In this document: piece after piece, positions 20,792 through 31,803 of the stretch
Numbering within the stretch: the first letter of the stretch is position 1
How the letters are laid out: the number at the start of each line of letters is the position of its first letter
Assembly: GCA_945860535.1 (NCBI GenBank)
Contig: CAMAQN010000001.1
Location: 55,236-119,235, forward strand
Reading direction: 5' to 3'
DNA: 64,000 nt
DNA from: Auritidibacter sp. Marseille-P8566
Lineage (GTDB): Bacteria > Actinomycetota > Actinomycetes > Actinomycetales > Microbacteriaceae
Made by a program: the position numbers and the translations under genes
The notes under the pieces: model-generated
Database searches by the model: none
Told to the model about the DNA's origin: nothing
The model's input: the letters and a program-made list of their open reading frames with translations, nothing else

Positions 20792-21076
20792 TTAGAGGGT
20801 TCGAACCAAGCCCTGCGCAAAAAGTACCGCAATAAGCACAATTGTCCAAGCCAAATCCAATGCCACTACCCCAAGCTTTAATGGCGGCACGAAGCGCCTT
20901 ACGAACTTAATCGGTGGATCGGTGATTGTGAAGGCAAAATCAACAACCGGCATCAAGATGCCTGGAGGTCGCCAGCCACGATTGACCGACATTATGAATT
21001 CGACGATAAACCTGGCAAACATTGCATAGACAAAAAGCTGCAACGCCCAGTAGAGAACTAAACCGATAAGGCCCAT
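20792..21076 (-). CDS. YggT family membrane protein
   Basis: TDPP..RRFVPPL..G..LDL motif; between sepF and divIVA. Confidence 0.92.
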   Translation of the reverse strand: MGLIGLVLYWALQLFVYAMFARFIVEFIMSVNRGWRPPGILMPVVDFAFTITDPPIKFVRRFVPPLKLGVVALDLAWTIVLIAVLFAQGLVRTL

Positions 21077-21079
21077 AAA

Positions 21080-21472
21080 TTAGTCGAGCAGTTTGTCGGC
21101 ATCGGTGGCCTCAGGCTCACCGTCGTTCACCTCAACGTGGCTTGGGCTTAGCAAGAAGACCTTTGGGGTGACGCGGCGGATCTGACCCTCGAGAGCTTCC
21201 TTGAGACCCAGCATAAAGTCCAGCATTCGCTTGGAATCGGCCTCGCTCATGCCGCCGATGTTGACAATCACTGGAACGCCCTGGCGGTAGTGGAATGCCA
21301 CTTCCTTGCCATCTGCATAGGTCTGTGGCTCTAGCGTGATGATTTCTGACATTTCAGAGCCGCGACGTGGTCTTGCTGCCGCTGGACGAGGCTTTGCGCT
21401 CGCTTCAACCTTCTGAGGTTCGGCTGATCCAAACCCAAAGAATGTCATAACTGAATTAACTGCGCCCATCAT
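21080..21472 (-). CDS. sepF: Cell division protein SepF
   Basis: N-terminal amphipathic FFGFG; PVIVN, RMLDF and KVFLLSP motifs. Confidence 0.93.
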   Translation of the reverse strand: MMGAVNSVMTFFGFGSAEPQKVEASAKPRPAAARPRRGSEMSEIITLEPQTYADGKEVAFHYRQGVPVIVNIGGMSEADSKRMLDFMLGLKEALEGQIRRVTPKVFLLSPSHVEVNDGEPEATDADKLLD

Positions 21473-21494
21473 TACTCCTTAGATTGCTTCAAGA

Positions 21495-22190
21495 CTATGG
21501 GTTCAAAGGCCTTGGGCCGGTGATTGCCGAGCCCACTCTTATGTGTGTCGCACCCATAGAAATCGCGATTTCAAAGTCCTCGCTCATGCCGATCGACAGC
21601 TTTGATGCCCTAGGTGCAAGTTCCTGCAATTTGCCGCTCGCAATTAGGACTTTTTCAAATTCCAAAGCAGGGTCCATTGCAAGTCCCGCAACCGCCATAA
21701 CTCCTAGGAGCTCAAAGTTTGGCAACTGCAAAACTGACTCGGCCAATTGCGAAAGATTTTCAGGGAGCACTCCCCCGCGACCTGGGTCATCGGTGAGGTT
21801 TAGCTCAATAAACCCTGAAAAAGTTCCCTCGAACTTTGGAAGCTGCTTGGCAAGTTCTGAAACCAGCGATTCTCGGTCGATTGAGTGAATTACCTGCGCG
21901 TATTTCAGGACTGATTTCACCTTGTTGGACTGTAACTGACCGACGAAGTGCCAGGTAGTCTGCGCCTGTGGGCGCAACTCTGCGAGTAAAGCACTTTTTG
22001 GGCTGGCTTCTTGATCTCGGTTCTCACCAAAATGCAGGTGACCTAGGTCAACTAACTCGGCAACCACCTCGGCAGTGTGATTTTTTGTGATTGCCACTAA
22101 CTCAACATCGGTCAAAGACCTGCCAGAAGCCGAACAGGCACCGGCCATTTTGGCCAGCACCTGTTCGTATCTAGAAGCTAATTGGCTCAA
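21495..22190 (-). CDS. YggS family PLP homeostasis protein
   Basis: [32 protein letters not shown] and RVGSAI motifs. Confidence 0.95.
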   Translation of the reverse strand: MSQLASRYEQVLAKMAGACSASGRSLTDVELVAITKNHTAEVVAELVDLGHLHFGENRDQEASPKSALLAELRPQAQTTWHFVGQLQSNKVKSVLKYAQVIHSIDRESLVSELAKQLPKFEGTFSGFIELNLTDDPGRGGVLPENLSQLAESVLQLPNFELLGVMAVAGLAMDPALEFEKVLIASGKLQELAPRASKLSIGMSEDFEIAISMGATHIRVGSAITGPRPLNP

Positions 22191-23359
22191 CGGAAGAATT
22201 CAGGAAGATCCAAATCGTCACCGAACTGACCGTTTGAGCTAGGAGTTGTCCTGTGAGCTGCAACCAGGGTCTCGCTCTGGATCAACTGCTCGCTGGTTGG
22301 AAGCTCCTGGGCTGCCTCGGCAACTGAGTATTCCTCAGCCACTGGGGCAGCGGCAACCTTCTCAACTGGCAGTGCCACTGCAGCTGGTGCCTCGAACCTA
22401 CGGTAGGTCGGCTCGCCACCATCAAATCCAGCGGCGATAACGGTGATGCGAACCTCGTCACCCAAGGTGTCCTCAATGGTTGCACCGAAGATGATGTTTG
22501 CTTCTGGGTGAACTGCTTCCTGAACCAAACGAGCTGCGTCGTCGATTTCGTGCAGACCTAGGTCTGATGCACCCTGAACCAAAAGCAACACTCCGTGAGC
22601 ACCCTCGATGGTTGCCTCAAGAAGCGGAGACGAAACGGCAATCTCAGCCGCACGAACCGCACGGTCTTCACCCTTGGCGGTACCGATGCCCATGAGAGCA
22701 CTTCCGGCACCCTGCATAACGGACTTCACGTCGTTGAAGTCAAGGTTGATAAGACCTGGGATCACAATCAGATCGCTGATGCCCTGAACACCCGCACGAA
22801 GGACATCGTCAGCGGTGATGAAGGCCTCGATGGCGGAAATCTTCTTGTTTGACATCTCAAGCAGACGCTGGTTTGGAACCACGATCAAGGTGTCAACCTC
22901 GGCGCGAAGTTCACGAATACCCTCATCAGCCTGCACTGCACGGCGCTTACCCTCAAAGTTGAATGGGCGGGTTACCACACCCACGGTCAAAGCACCCAAG
23001 CGCTTTGCGATTCTTGCCACTACTGGGGCTGCGCCGGTACCGGTACCGCCACCCTCGCCAGCGGTCACGAAGACCATGTCAGCACCCTTGAGAGCTGATT
23101 CAATCTCGTTCTCGTGCTCTTCAGCAGCGCGGCGACCTACCTCTGGGTCGGCTCCTGCTCCAAGGCCACGGGTGATGTCGCGACCAATGTCCAACTTGAC
23201 ATCGGCATCGCTCATTAGGAGGGCTTGTGCGTCGGTGTTAACCGCCACAAACTCAACTCCTCGAAGTCCAGACTGGATCATGCGGTTTAGCGCATTCACA
23301 CCGCCGCCACCAACGCCAACGACCTTGATGATTGCTTGATAGTTCGGGGTCTGAGCCAC
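22187..23359 (-). CDS. ftsZ: Cell division protein FtsZ
   Basis: GGGTGTG tubulin signature and C-terminal DLDLPEF. Start moved to GTG 23359, which follows an AAGGAGG RBS. Confidence 0.98.
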   Translation of the reverse strand: MAQTPNYQAIIKVVGVGGGGVNALNRMIQSGLRGVEFVAVNTDAQALLMSDADVKLDIGRDITRGLGAGADPEVGRRAAEEHENEIESALKGADMVFVTAGEGGGTGTGAAPVVARIAKRLGALTVGVVTRPFNFEGKRRAVQADEGIRELRAEVDTLIVVPNQRLLEMSNKKISAIEAFITADDVLRAGVQGISDLIVIPGLINLDFNDVKSVMQGAGSALMGIGTAKGEDRAVRAAEIAVSSPLLEATIEGAHGVLLLVQGASDLGLHEIDDAARLVQEAVHPEANIIFGATIEDTLGDEVRITVIAAGFDGGEPTYRRFEAPAAVALPVEKVAAAPVAEEYSVAEAAQELPTSEQLIQSETLVAAHRTTPSSNGQFGDDLDLPEFFR

Positions 23360-23377
23360 GATGTTCCTCCTTGTGAA

Positions 23378-23402
23378 AACTCTCAAGTTAAGGCTGAGGC
23401 TT
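23378..23402 (-). promoter_or_regulatory. FtsR (Rv1828-type MerR) operator-like imperfect palindrome upstream of ftsZ
   Basis: AAGCCTCAGCCTTAACTTGAGAGTT directly upstream of the ftsZ RBS; related copy at 49371-49395. Confidence 0.65.
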
Positions 23403-23474
23403 AACCCTTTGAGAAGAATTCAATTTGCGCCAAGAAGTTAGGCCCCGCTACGCCCTATTCGCCCGAGGGTCTCG

Positions 23475-23483
23475 GGCGTGTCG
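23475..23483 (-). promoter_or_regulatory. GACAC (WhiA-type) motif upstream of ftsZ
   Basis: CGACACGCC on the minus strand in the ftsQ-ftsZ spacer; identical 9-mer at 49408-49416. Confidence 0.55.
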
Positions 23484-23496
23484 CAAATGAGTTGAA

Positions 23497-24276
23497 TCAA
23501 TAGTTTTGGTACGTCACAACGGGGGCTTTGGGAGATGAGACATCGATGGTGACACCGGGCTTTACACCGGTCTTCATAAGAGAGTTCAAGACCTTCGCTT
23601 TGAGCAGCCCCTGCTTGGCATTTCCCCAAATTACGCGGGTATCGCTCTTGCGCAAAATCAAATCTGAGGTTAGCTGTTCAGAAACCTGAATCGAGAAGAC
23701 CTTCTTGTACGTCCCGACCGGAAGCGAGAGCAAGACCTCCATGGCGGTCTTGTACTTCTTGTCTTTCAAAGGGTCGGCGGTGAAGCGGAAAAACGGATAC
23801 TTATCCTTGGCATTCGCCACATCGATGCGAACCCCGGCGGCGTCATAGAGGTAGTTCTTCCCACCTCGCACCAGAATCACAATGGGCTGGCGCTCGCGGA
23901 TCTTCACCGTCAAAGTGTGAGGTGGCTCAGCTTGGAGCGTGAAGGTTTCTATCAGGGCAAAATCCGCCAGCAGCTCGGCAACGCTGTCCTGCGAGATGGT
24001 AGTCAGTGGCTTTCCAACCAGTCCCTCTAAAGCTCCCATTACCTTGCTGGCTTGGATTCGATCATTCCCGCTGACTTTAATCTGTTCAATTGCGAGCATC
24101 GGGGTGAAGAAGGTGGCCACAACCAAAATCACAAGCGCTAAAGGGCCTGCAATAAACAATGTCCTGCCGAGATTTCGAAATCCAGAGGTGCGGGCCGGCT
24201 TGATTTTTGCAGGCTTAGCGCTTTGCCTAACGCGCTTTATCTCGCGGCCGACAAGCTCGCGCTCTGGTTTTTTCAA
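23497..24276 (-). CDS. ftsQ: Cell division protein FtsQ
   Basis: Single TM, POTRA domain, PPHTLTVKIRERQP and IDVSSP motifs; between murC and ftsZ. Confidence 0.9.
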   Translation of the reverse strand: MKKPERELVGREIKRVRQSAKPAKIKPARTSGFRNLGRTLFIAGPLALVILVVATFFTPMLAIEQIKVSGNDRIQASKVMGALEGLVGKPLTTISQDSVAELLADFALIETFTLQAEPPHTLTVKIRERQPIVILVRGGKNYLYDAAGVRIDVANAKDKYPFFRFTADPLKDKKYKTAMEVLLSLPVGTYKKVFSIQVSEQLTSDLILRKSDTRVIWGNAKQGLLKAKVLNSLMKTGVKPGVTIDVSSPKAPVVTYQNY

Positions 24277-25665
24277 CTAAGCCTCCAGTGCGTCAAGAAG
24301 CTCAGGAACCATGCGGTAGATGTCACCACATCCCATGGTGATGATGAAATCCCCACTTTTGGCAAGGCTGGCCGCAACGGCTGGTACGTCGTCCCACGCT
24401 GGCACGTAATGCATGCGGGCTGAATCTTCAAAACGATCAGCAATCAGTGCCCCGGTCACCCCTGGCTCTGGATCCTCTCTAGCAGCGTAAATGTCCAGAC
24501 AGACCACCTGGTCACTCAGCGCTAAAGCTTGGGCAAACTCAGCCTGAAAAATACGAGTTCTGGAGAAAAGATGCGGTTGGAATACCGTAATCAACTTGCC
24601 CGAACCCACTACCGCGCGGGCCGCGCTCAATGCGGCGGCAACCTCGGTGGGGTGGTGAGCGTAATCGTCATAGACCCTGACACCGCGGCGCTCTCCGTGC
24701 AGTTCGAAGCGACGCTCGGTTCCGGAGAAGTGCGAAACAGCCTTAGCCGAGGCCTCAAAATCAAATCCAAGTCCAACCAAGACCGCAACCGCACCAGCGG
24801 CATTTAGCGCATTGTGATGACCTGGAACCTGCAATTGAAGCTGAATGCTCTTGGGGCCAAAGCCGAGTTCAAACGATACGTTTCCTTGCAGCGCAGCGAC
24901 TTTTCTGACCTGGATAGTGGCATTGCTGGCGGTTCCGAAAGTGATGATGTTTTTGTGCTTCAGGCGCTTGGTCACTCTCACGGCACCCTCGTCATCACTG
25001 GAAATGGCAACCAGTGTTCCTGCAGCGTCGGCAAACTTTGCGAATTCGCCCTCAAAGGCATCCAATGATCCAAAGTGGTCCAGGTGATCAGGGTCAATGT
25101 TGGTGATCAGTGCCACTTCGGTTTTGTAGTGCAGGAACGAGCTATCGGATTCGTCGGCCTCAATGACAAAGTGCTCGCCCTTGCCAGACCCTGCCGATGC
25201 TCCGTACTCCTGAATCACACCGCCGTTTACAAAGCTAGGGTCAGCACCGAGGCGACTTAGCGCGGTAATCACCATTCCGGTCGAGGTGGTTTTCCCGTGA
25301 GCTCCGGCTACCGCGATCAGCTTGCCCTTAGACGCCAGGTGAGCCAAAAGTGCCGAGCGGTGCAGGGTTGGAATTCCGCGCTGTTGAGCCAGCACGTACT
25401 CAGGGTTAGTTGGCCACAAAGCACTAGTGACAACTACCGTGTCAGGGTTACCTAAGTTTTCGGCGGAGTGGCCAATATGAATTACGGCACCTAGTTCTCG
25501 CAAGGCCTTGACGTTTGAGGAGTCCCTGAGGTCAGACCCGGTCACCTTGTGGCCCATGCCTAAAGTGAGGCGGGCGATTCCTGACATTCCAGAACCACCG
25601 ATGCCAATAAAGTGCACGGTACCTAAATCGTCAGGGATGGGCTGGGAGAAGTCGGGCTTAATCAC
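24277..25665 (-). CDS. murC: UDP-N-acetylmuramate--amino acid ligase MurC
   Basis: [21 protein letters not shown] and DDYAHHPTE motifs. Confidence 0.97.
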   Translation of the reverse strand: MIKPDFSQPIPDDLGTVHFIGIGGSGMSGIARLTLGMGHKVTGSDLRDSSNVKALRELGAVIHIGHSAENLGNPDTVVVTSALWPTNPEYVLAQQRGIPTLHRSALLAHLASKGKLIAVAGAHGKTTSTGMVITALSRLGADPSFVNGGVIQEYGASAGSGKGEHFVIEADESDSSFLHYKTEVALITNIDPDHLDHFGSLDAFEGEFAKFADAAGTLVAISSDDEGAVRVTKRLKHKNIITFGTASNATIQVRKVAALQGNVSFELGFGPKSIQLQLQVPGHHNALNAAGAVAVLVGLGFDFEASAKAVSHFSGTERRFELHGERRGVRVYDDYAHHPTEVAAALSAARAVVGSGKLITVFQPHLFSRTRIFQAEFAQALALSDQVVCLDIYAAREDPEPGVTGALIADRFEDSARMHYVPAWDDVPAVAASLAKSGDFIITMGCGDIYRMVPELLDALEA

Positions 25666-26737
25666 GGGTCTTAGTATTCACTGCCGCAAGCACAAGATCG
25701 CGTAGCCGCTCGGTTGCGTCGGGAATTCCCACTGACTTTGCCGCCTGAGACATCTTTCTGACGCTGGAACTGTGGCTCACCAGTGGGATCAATTCGGTGC
25801 TTATGTACTTGGCTGTGAATTCACTATCTGAAACCAATTTGCCACCACCGGCTTCAACAATGGTTGCTGCGTTGAATCTTTGCTCGCCGTTACCCACCGG
25901 GTAAGGAATGTAAATTGCCGGTAGTCCGCAGGCGGCAAACTCGCTAACCGTTGAGCTTCCAGCGCGAGATACCGCCATATCCGATGCTGCGATTGCAGCA
26001 TCCATTCGGTCGCAGTAAGCCATCCGGCGGTAGCCAGGTTCTGAGATCTCCTCGAGATTGGCTCTATCTCCCACAATGTGCAGGATTTGAATCCCCGCGG
26101 CATTTAGCACGCTGCGACTGTCGATAATCGCGTCGTTGATGCTCTTGGCACCTAGTGATCCTCCGGTGACCAAAAGCGTTGACATAAAGGGATTTAGACC
26201 CAATTCAATTCGTGCCTGCTCTTTGTCATAACCGGATACCGAATCGACAATTTCTGGGCGAAGCGGCATGCCGGTGATAGCGGCTGGCGATAAATCGCTG
26301 TTTGGAAAAGCCACCGCGATGTTCTTGGTGAATTTCGCCCCCAGGCGATTGGCGATGCCGGCTAGGGCGTTCGCCTCGTGAATGACCAGCGGCTTTCTCG
26401 CGATAAAGGCAGCGAGGTAGGCGGGCGCTGATGCGTAGCCACCGAACCCAACCACTGCCTCGATCTTGTGCGTCTTGATCATCTTGAGAATCGCAATTAC
26501 AGCTGCGGCAAATTTGAATGGGAACATCAATGCATAAAGCGATGGTTTTCTAGGAAATGGCAATCTGGCAATCGTCAGTAGTTCAAATCCACGCTGTGGG
26601 ACAAGGCGAGACTCCAGCCCCTCCTTAGTCCCAAGGGTCAAAACCTCGTGATCTAAAGCCCTAAGCGACTGAGCCAGCGCCAACATCGGGTTTACGTGAC
26701 CGGCGGTTCCGCCACCGGCCAATAAAAACTTGGTCAC
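25658..26737 (-). CDS. murG: Lipid II glycosyltransferase MurG
   Basis: GGGTAGH, GFGGY, HEAN, GGSLGA and EQRFNA motifs. Confidence 0.97.
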   Translation of the reverse strand: MTKFLLAGGGTAGHVNPMLALAQSLRALDHEVLTLGTKEGLESRLVPQRGFELLTIARLPFPRKPSLYALMFPFKFAAAVIAILKMIKTHKIEAVVGFGGYASAPAYLAAFIARKPLVIHEANALAGIANRLGAKFTKNIAVAFPNSDLSPAAITGMPLRPEIVDSVSGYDKEQARIELGLNPFMSTLLVTGGSLGAKSINDAIIDSRSVLNAAGIQILHIVGDRANLEEISEPGYRRMAYCDRMDAAIAASDMAVSRAGSSTVSEFAACGLPAIYIPYPVGNGEQRFNAATIVEAGGGKLVSDSEFTAKYISTELIPLVSHSSSVRKMSQAAKSVGIPDATERLRDLVLAAVNTKTRD

Positions 26738-27882
26738 CTTCTGCGTCCTAGATTTGCCGTTCTATCCCGCTCTACTGCGAGCACCACGCCAATTGCCATA
26801 AGCGACGCGATCAATGAGGAGCCACCGGCCGATACCAGCGGCAAGGTAACACCGAGAACTGGGAACAGGCCAACCACAACACCCATGTTGATAAATGCCT
26901 GAATCACGATCCAAAACATGACTCCCGCAACCAAATTGCGGTTGAAGGGGTCGGTTTGCTGCTTAGCGATTTGGAACATAACTAGGCCTAGAGCCAAGAA
27001 CAGCGCAACCACCAGCAGTGCTCCAATTAGCCCCAGCTCTTCGCCAATGATTGCAAAGATAAAGTCGTTTTCAACCTCGGGGATCCAACTCCATTTGAGC
27101 TTAGAGCGACCCAAGCCGGTGCCAAAGACGCCGCCGGAGGCAAGCGCCCAGGTGCCCTTTTCAAACTGCCAGTTCACACCCATGGGGTCGGCAGCCTCAG
27201 GGTTCAGCCAGGCATCAAAGCGCACTCTTCGAGAAGGTGAACTGGAGACTAGGAAAAACGCCAGTGCCGAGCCAAGTGCGATGGTGGACCACCAAATTGA
27301 CATTTTGATGCCGGCAATCAGGTATAGACCCATGAGCAAGACCACCATGATGATGCCCGAACCCAAGTCCTTGCTGAGAATCGCCACCATTCCGACACCG
27401 ACTGCCGAGAAGAACCACACCCGCTTCCAGGTTGGCAAATCCTCATCCCAAAATCCGGTCAGTTGTGAAAGCTGCAAAGACAGAGCAACAATCAAACCGA
27501 GCTTGAGAAACTCCGATGGCTGCACTCCGATGGCACCAAAGGATAGCCAGTTACGGTTTCCATTGATCTCTTGGCCAAACAATACGGTTGCAGCCTGCGC
27601 ACCCATGGTGATGGCAAGACCCAACATTGCAAATCTGCGCATGAAGTCAAGCGAGAGATTCGAGACAATCAGCATCAGAGTGAGGCCAATAATGGCAAAG
27701 CCGCCCTGCTTTAGAAAGATCGATGCTGCATTCGAAGTCTCCTTAAAGGCATCTACGGCCGATGCACTTGCGACCATGGTGAGCCCAATAGCAACGGTCG
27801 CAAGGGTTAGCCCCAAAAGCCAAAAGAATTGCCTGGACTGTGCGTGCAGTCGAGGCTGCAACATCTCCTTTAGATTTGTCAC
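26734..27882 (-). CDS. ftsW: SEDS peptidoglycan glycosyltransferase FtsW
   Basis: QPSEFLK, NDFIFAIIGEELG and LPLVSAGGSS motifs. Confidence 0.96.
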   Translation of the reverse strand: MTNLKEMLQPRLHAQSRQFFWLLGLTLATVAIGLTMVASASAVDAFKETSNAASIFLKQGGFAIIGLTLMLIVSNLSLDFMRRFAMLGLAITMGAQAATVLFGQEINGNRNWLSFGAIGVQPSEFLKLGLIVALSLQLSQLTGFWDEDLPTWKRVWFFSAVGVGMVAILSKDLGSGIIMVVLLMGLYLIAGIKMSIWWSTIALGSALAFFLVSSSPSRRVRFDAWLNPEAADPMGVNWQFEKGTWALASGGVFGTGLGRSKLKWSWIPEVENDFIFAIIGEELGLIGALLVVALFLALGLVMFQIAKQQTDPFNRNLVAGVMFWIVIQAFINMGVVVGLFPVLGVTLPLVSAGGSSLIASLMAIGVVLAVERDRTANLGRRR

Positions 27883-29330
27883 TTACTCACCTGCCTTCTA
27901 ACCTCTACCTGAAACTGATTTCCGCGGTCTGCATAGTCCTGGAACTGATCCATGGAAGCTGCTGCCGGGGCTAGTAATACAGTGTCCCCCGAACTTGCAA
28001 ACTCCAAAGCGGAGCTAACAGCCTGGGACATGATCCCCTCGCCCGAAAGCACCCTCAGAGGCAAGTTTGGAAGGTGTTTTGCAAACAACGCCTCAAGTTC
28101 AGCCGTGTCGGCACCAATAACAATGGCTGCCTTTAGCTTGGAGCCGTGATCGATCAAAAGCGGAGTCGGGTCTACGCCTTTGAGTAGCCCACCAACAATC
28201 CAGACGATTGAGCTAAAGCTTGCTAGCGAGGCATTCGCTGCGTGAGCATTGGTCGCCTTTGAATCATCAATAAAAGTAATTCCGTGCTGCTCAAGCACCT
28301 TTTGAATTCGATGTGGAGCAAGTTTGAAGGTGGCAATGGCTTGTTTGATCACTGCAGGATCAATGTCCACCGCCCTTGCCAACGCCGTGGCGGCGGCGAC
28401 ATTGGCCCGCAGGTGGTTGCTAAGGACGCCTATTGCCTCCAAGTCTGAATCCTGCGCTATCTCTAAAGCGGCCGAATAGCGATCTGCTATAAAAGCTCGG
28501 TCAACTAAGAATTCCTCTACGAAACCAACCGAGCTGACGCTTGGCATGCCGGTGGTGAAAGCCACAGCTCTGCAGCCATCAATAACTTCGGCATTCTCTG
28601 CTGCCTCTAGAGTCTTTAGATCTTGGGCGTTGTAGATAATTGCAATCTCAGTTCCCTCAAAAACCTTTGCCTTGGCCTCAAAGTAGGCTATTTCGCTGCC
28701 ATGCCAGTCGATGTGATCTGATGCCAGGTTCAAAAATGCGCTTGCCACTGGGTTTAGCTGCCCTGAATAGTGAAGCTGGAAACTGGAGACCTCAACGACC
28801 AGGTAGTCGAAACCCTCTGGATCCCTGATGGCATCCAAAATTGGGTTTCCGATGTTTCCACAGGCCACAGCGCGCAGTCCCGCAGCTTGCAAAATGTGGG
28901 TTACCAGCTCAGTGGTGGTGGTTTTGCCGTTGGTGCCGGTGATGGTGATCCACTTCGCCACCCGATCTGTTTTATCTCTAAGGCGCAAAGCTAAATCGAT
29001 ATCCGTCAGGACCTGGATGTCATTTTTTGCAAGCCAAAGGATTGTCGGGTGCGATGGGGCAAAACCGGGAGACACAACCGCAAAGTCAATCTTTGCCATT
29101 TTGCTCAGCTCGGACACCGCGTCTGAGAGCACCAGCTTTGCGCCGATGACCTCTAGAAGTTCGGAGTATTGAGGGCTGGCTGAATTGGCAAAAACCGTTA
29201 CGTCTGCCCCAAGCTCGCAAAGGGTGTCGGCTACTGAAAACCCAGATTTACCCAAACCTAAGACTGCAACTTGCAGTCCAGCCCAATTGTCGTGCCAGCT
29301 GCGCTGCGAGATCATATGCCGTAGATCCAC
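27879..29330 (-). CDS. murD: MurD D-glutamate ligase
   Basis: [22 protein letters not shown] and [10 protein letters not shown] motifs; start may be ATG 29315. Confidence 0.96.
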   Translation of the reverse strand: MDLRHMISQRSWHDNWAGLQVAVLGLGKSGFSVADTLCELGADVTVFANSASPQYSELLEVIGAKLVLSDAVSELSKMAKIDFAVVSPGFAPSHPTILWLAKNDIQVLTDIDLALRLRDKTDRVAKWITITGTNGKTTTTELVTHILQAAGLRAVACGNIGNPILDAIRDPEGFDYLVVEVSSFQLHYSGQLNPVASAFLNLASDHIDWHGSEIAYFEAKAKVFEGTEIAIIYNAQDLKTLEAAENAEVIDGCRAVAFTTGMPSVSSVGFVEEFLVDRAFIADRYSAALEIAQDSDLEAIGVLSNHLRANVAAATALARAVDIDPAVIKQAIATFKLAPHRIQKVLEQHGITFIDDSKATNAHAANASLASFSSIVWIVGGLLKGVDPTPLLIDHGSKLKAAIVIGADTAELEALFAKHLPNLPLRVLSGEGIMSQAVSSALEFASSGDTVLLAPAAASMDQFQDYADRGNQFQVEVRRQVSK

Positions 29331-30415
29331 TCCACGTAGAACAGGCCAACGCCGCTAATCACACACAGCGATGCAATGATCCAGAAGCGAACAACGATTG
29401 TAATTTCAGCCCAACCCTTGAGTTCAAAGTGGTGGTGCAGCGGTGACATGAGGAACACTCGCTTGCCAGTTCCAGTTCGCCACTTGGTGATCTTGAAGAA
29501 CACTCGCTGAATCACTACCGAACCGGTGACGATAACGAAGATTCCGCCGATTAGAACAAGTAGCAGCTCGGTGCGGGAAAGAATTGCCAGAGCCGCTAGC
29601 GCGCCACCTAGGCCCAGCGAACCGACATCACCCATGAAGATTTGCGCAGGTGATGTGTTCCACCACAAAAAGCCAACGCAAGCACCAACAATTGCTGCAG
29701 CAACAACCGCCAGGTCAAGCGGGTCTCTCACGTTGTAGCAGGATGCAAAGTTCTCAGTAACCGTCGCGCAACTTTGGTTGAACTGCCAAAAACCGATGAT
29801 TACGTATGCGCCGATAGCCATAATTGCGGATCCCGATGCCAGACCATCCAAGCCATCTGCGATGTTTACACCGTTGGAAGCGCTGGTAACCAAAAGCGTG
29901 ATCCAGGCCACAAAGAGCCCCATGCCGATAACGGAGCCCCAGATAAACAAGTCAATCGGCAGGTCTCTAAACAAAGAGATAGCAGTCGATGCCGGTGTTA
30001 GACCATCTTCATCTGGGAAACCAAGAGCGAGAACCGCAAAGACAATCGCAACTATTACCTGGCCAGCGATTTTTGCCCACCCGGTTAGACCGAGGCTGCG
30101 TTGATTGCGAACCTTGAGTAAGTCATCAATAAAGCCAACCAGTCCCAGTCCCAGCATCATCAAAATCACCAGCAGGGCAGATGCCGATGGTGATTCACCG
30201 TTTATGAGCTTTGCCACAAAGTAAGCAATGGTTGCGGCCAAAAGAATGACGATGCCACCCATAGTTGGAGTGCCGCGCTTGGTGTGGTGAGTTTTAGGTC
30301 CGTCATCACGAATGAATTGACCCCACTGCAGGTTCCTGAATAGCCAAATGAACCCAGGAGTGGCGAAAAGCGAGATGAATAGCGCGATGCCGCCTGATGC
30401 AAGTAAGGCTCTCAC
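29312..30415 (-). CDS. mraY: Phospho-MurNAc-pentapeptide transferase
   Basis: [21 protein letters not shown] and PLHHHFE motifs. Confidence 0.97.
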   Translation of the reverse strand: MRALLASGGIALFISLFATPGFIWLFRNLQWGQFIRDDGPKTHHTKRGTPTMGGIVILLAATIAYFVAKLINGESPSASALLVILMMLGLGLVGFIDDLLKVRNQRSLGLTGWAKIAGQVIVAIVFAVLALGFPDEDGLTPASTAISLFRDLPIDLFIWGSVIGMGLFVAWITLLVTSASNGVNIADGLDGLASGSAIMAIGAYVIIGFWQFNQSCATVTENFASCYNVRDPLDLAVVAAAIVGACVGFLWWNTSPAQIFMGDVGSLGLGGALAALAILSRTELLLVLIGGIFVIVTGSVVIQRVFFKITKWRTGTGKRVFLMSPLHHHFELKGWAEITIVVRFWIIASLCVISGVGLFYVEWIYGI

Positions 30416-31803
30416 TTCACACCCGCCAACTCGTCGCCTAAGAATCTCAAACCCGCGATGTTGCTGGATTTCACCAAGACAATATCGCCAGGTGAAAGCT
30501 TGTCATGAATAGCCTCAAAAGTCGCGCTGATTGTTTCGCAAAATACAGACTCGCCATCCCAGCTGCCCTCTTGCATGGCCCCCAGGTGAATCAGCTTGGC
30601 CTCTTGGCCAATCACATAGAGCTGATCGATGTTGTATCTCACCACTAGCCGACCTAGCTGATCGTGTTCTTGAACTGAATACTCACCAAGCTCCGCCATT
30701 TGCCCCAGAACCGCGATGGTCCGGTGCCCCTGTCGACCCAAAGTGGCAAGGGTTTGCAAAGCTGCCCTCATGGAATCCGGAGATGCGTTGTAGGCATCGT
30801 TGATGACAAAAACCCCATCCTGACGACGAATCAACTGCATGCGCCAGCGCTCTGCCATTTCCATCTCAGATACCGCTTCGATGGCAGTCTCCTTAGGAAC
30901 TCCTAGCTCCTGAGCAACCGCCAGCGCAGCGGAAACGTTCATCGCCTGGTGCTCCCCCAGCATTTTCAGGGTTAGTTCACTCACTTGACCGTCTGGGTAG
31001 GAGATAGCGAGCTTGGTGCCGCCAAGACTCAGATCCACCGACTTGATCTCGAAGTCGGACTGTCTGGCAAAGCCAAATCCGACACGCTTGACTCCTTGGT
31101 TTGGCTCGAAGCCTCGGACAATCGGGTCGTCCTCGTTCAAGATCGCAACGCCTTGGATAAAAGGCATCATCTCGCGCTTGATTTGAGCTGTGACTTCGAT
31201 TCCCCCAAATTCACCAACGTGCGCAAGACCCACCTTGAGCTCTACTCCGATATCCGGCAGGCACCAGCTCGCAAGAGCATTGATAGAACCGACTCCGGCA
31301 GCACCAAGCTCCAAGACGAGGTATTTGGTGCTGGTTTGTAGCTTCAAGACCGTTAGCGGAAGTCCGACCTCATTGTTGAATGAATCTCTTGGAGCAACTG
31401 TTTCACCGACCCTCGAGAGAATTTCGCGAAGCATGTTCTTGGTTGAAGTCTTGCCATTGGAACCTGTGATGCCAACGACCTGAAGCCCGCCCTCGGCACG
31501 AACTTTGCCAAGCACATACTTTGCCAAATCTGTGAGTGCGACAACGGTGTCCTCAACCTGGATCTGCGCGATCTTTACAGAGGGGTTTGGAGCTGAAACC
31601 ACCGCAAGGGCGGCAATATCGGCGACCTGCTCTAGGTACCGGTGTCCATCCTCGTGCTCACCAAGCCTGGCAAAGAAAATGCCACCTTTTTCCAGTGACC
31701 GTGAATCGGTGTCAGCTCCACCTTGAACAACCAGATTTTCGTCACCCTGAACTACTTTTCCGTTTATCGCAGCAGCGATTTCGGCGAGGGTCAGTGCAAT
31801 CAT
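30412..31803 (-). CDS. murF: MurF D-Ala-D-Ala adding enzyme
   Basis: [24 protein letters not shown] and LVKSS motifs. Confidence 0.96.
   Translation of the reverse strand: MIALTLAEIAAAINGKVVQGDENLVVQGGADTDSRSLEKGGIFFARLGEHEDGHRYLEQVADIAALAVVSAPNPSVKIAQIQVEDTVVALTDLAKYVLGKVRAEGGLQVVGITGSNGKTSTKNMLREILSRVGETVAPRDSFNNEVGLPLTVLKLQTSTKYLVLELGAAGVGSINALASWCLPDIGVELKVGLAHVGEFGGIEVTAQIKREMMPFIQGVAILNEDDPIVRGFEPNQGVKRVGFGFARQSDFEIKSVDLSLGGTKLAISYPDGQVSELTLKMLGEHQAMNVSAALAVAQELGVPKETAIEAVSEMEMAERWRMQLIRRQDGVFVINDAYNASPDSMRAALQTLATLGRQGHRTIAVLGQMAELGEYSVQEHDQLGRLVVRYNIDQLYVIGQEAKLIHLGAMQEGSWDGESVFCETISATFEAIHDKLSPGDIVLVKSSNIAGLRFLGDELAGVK

Noticed and set aside
26918-27901. 327-aa ORF on the + strand
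   Set aside because: Exact antisense shadow of ftsW with no recognisable motifs; expected from codon bias in a hydrophobic gene.
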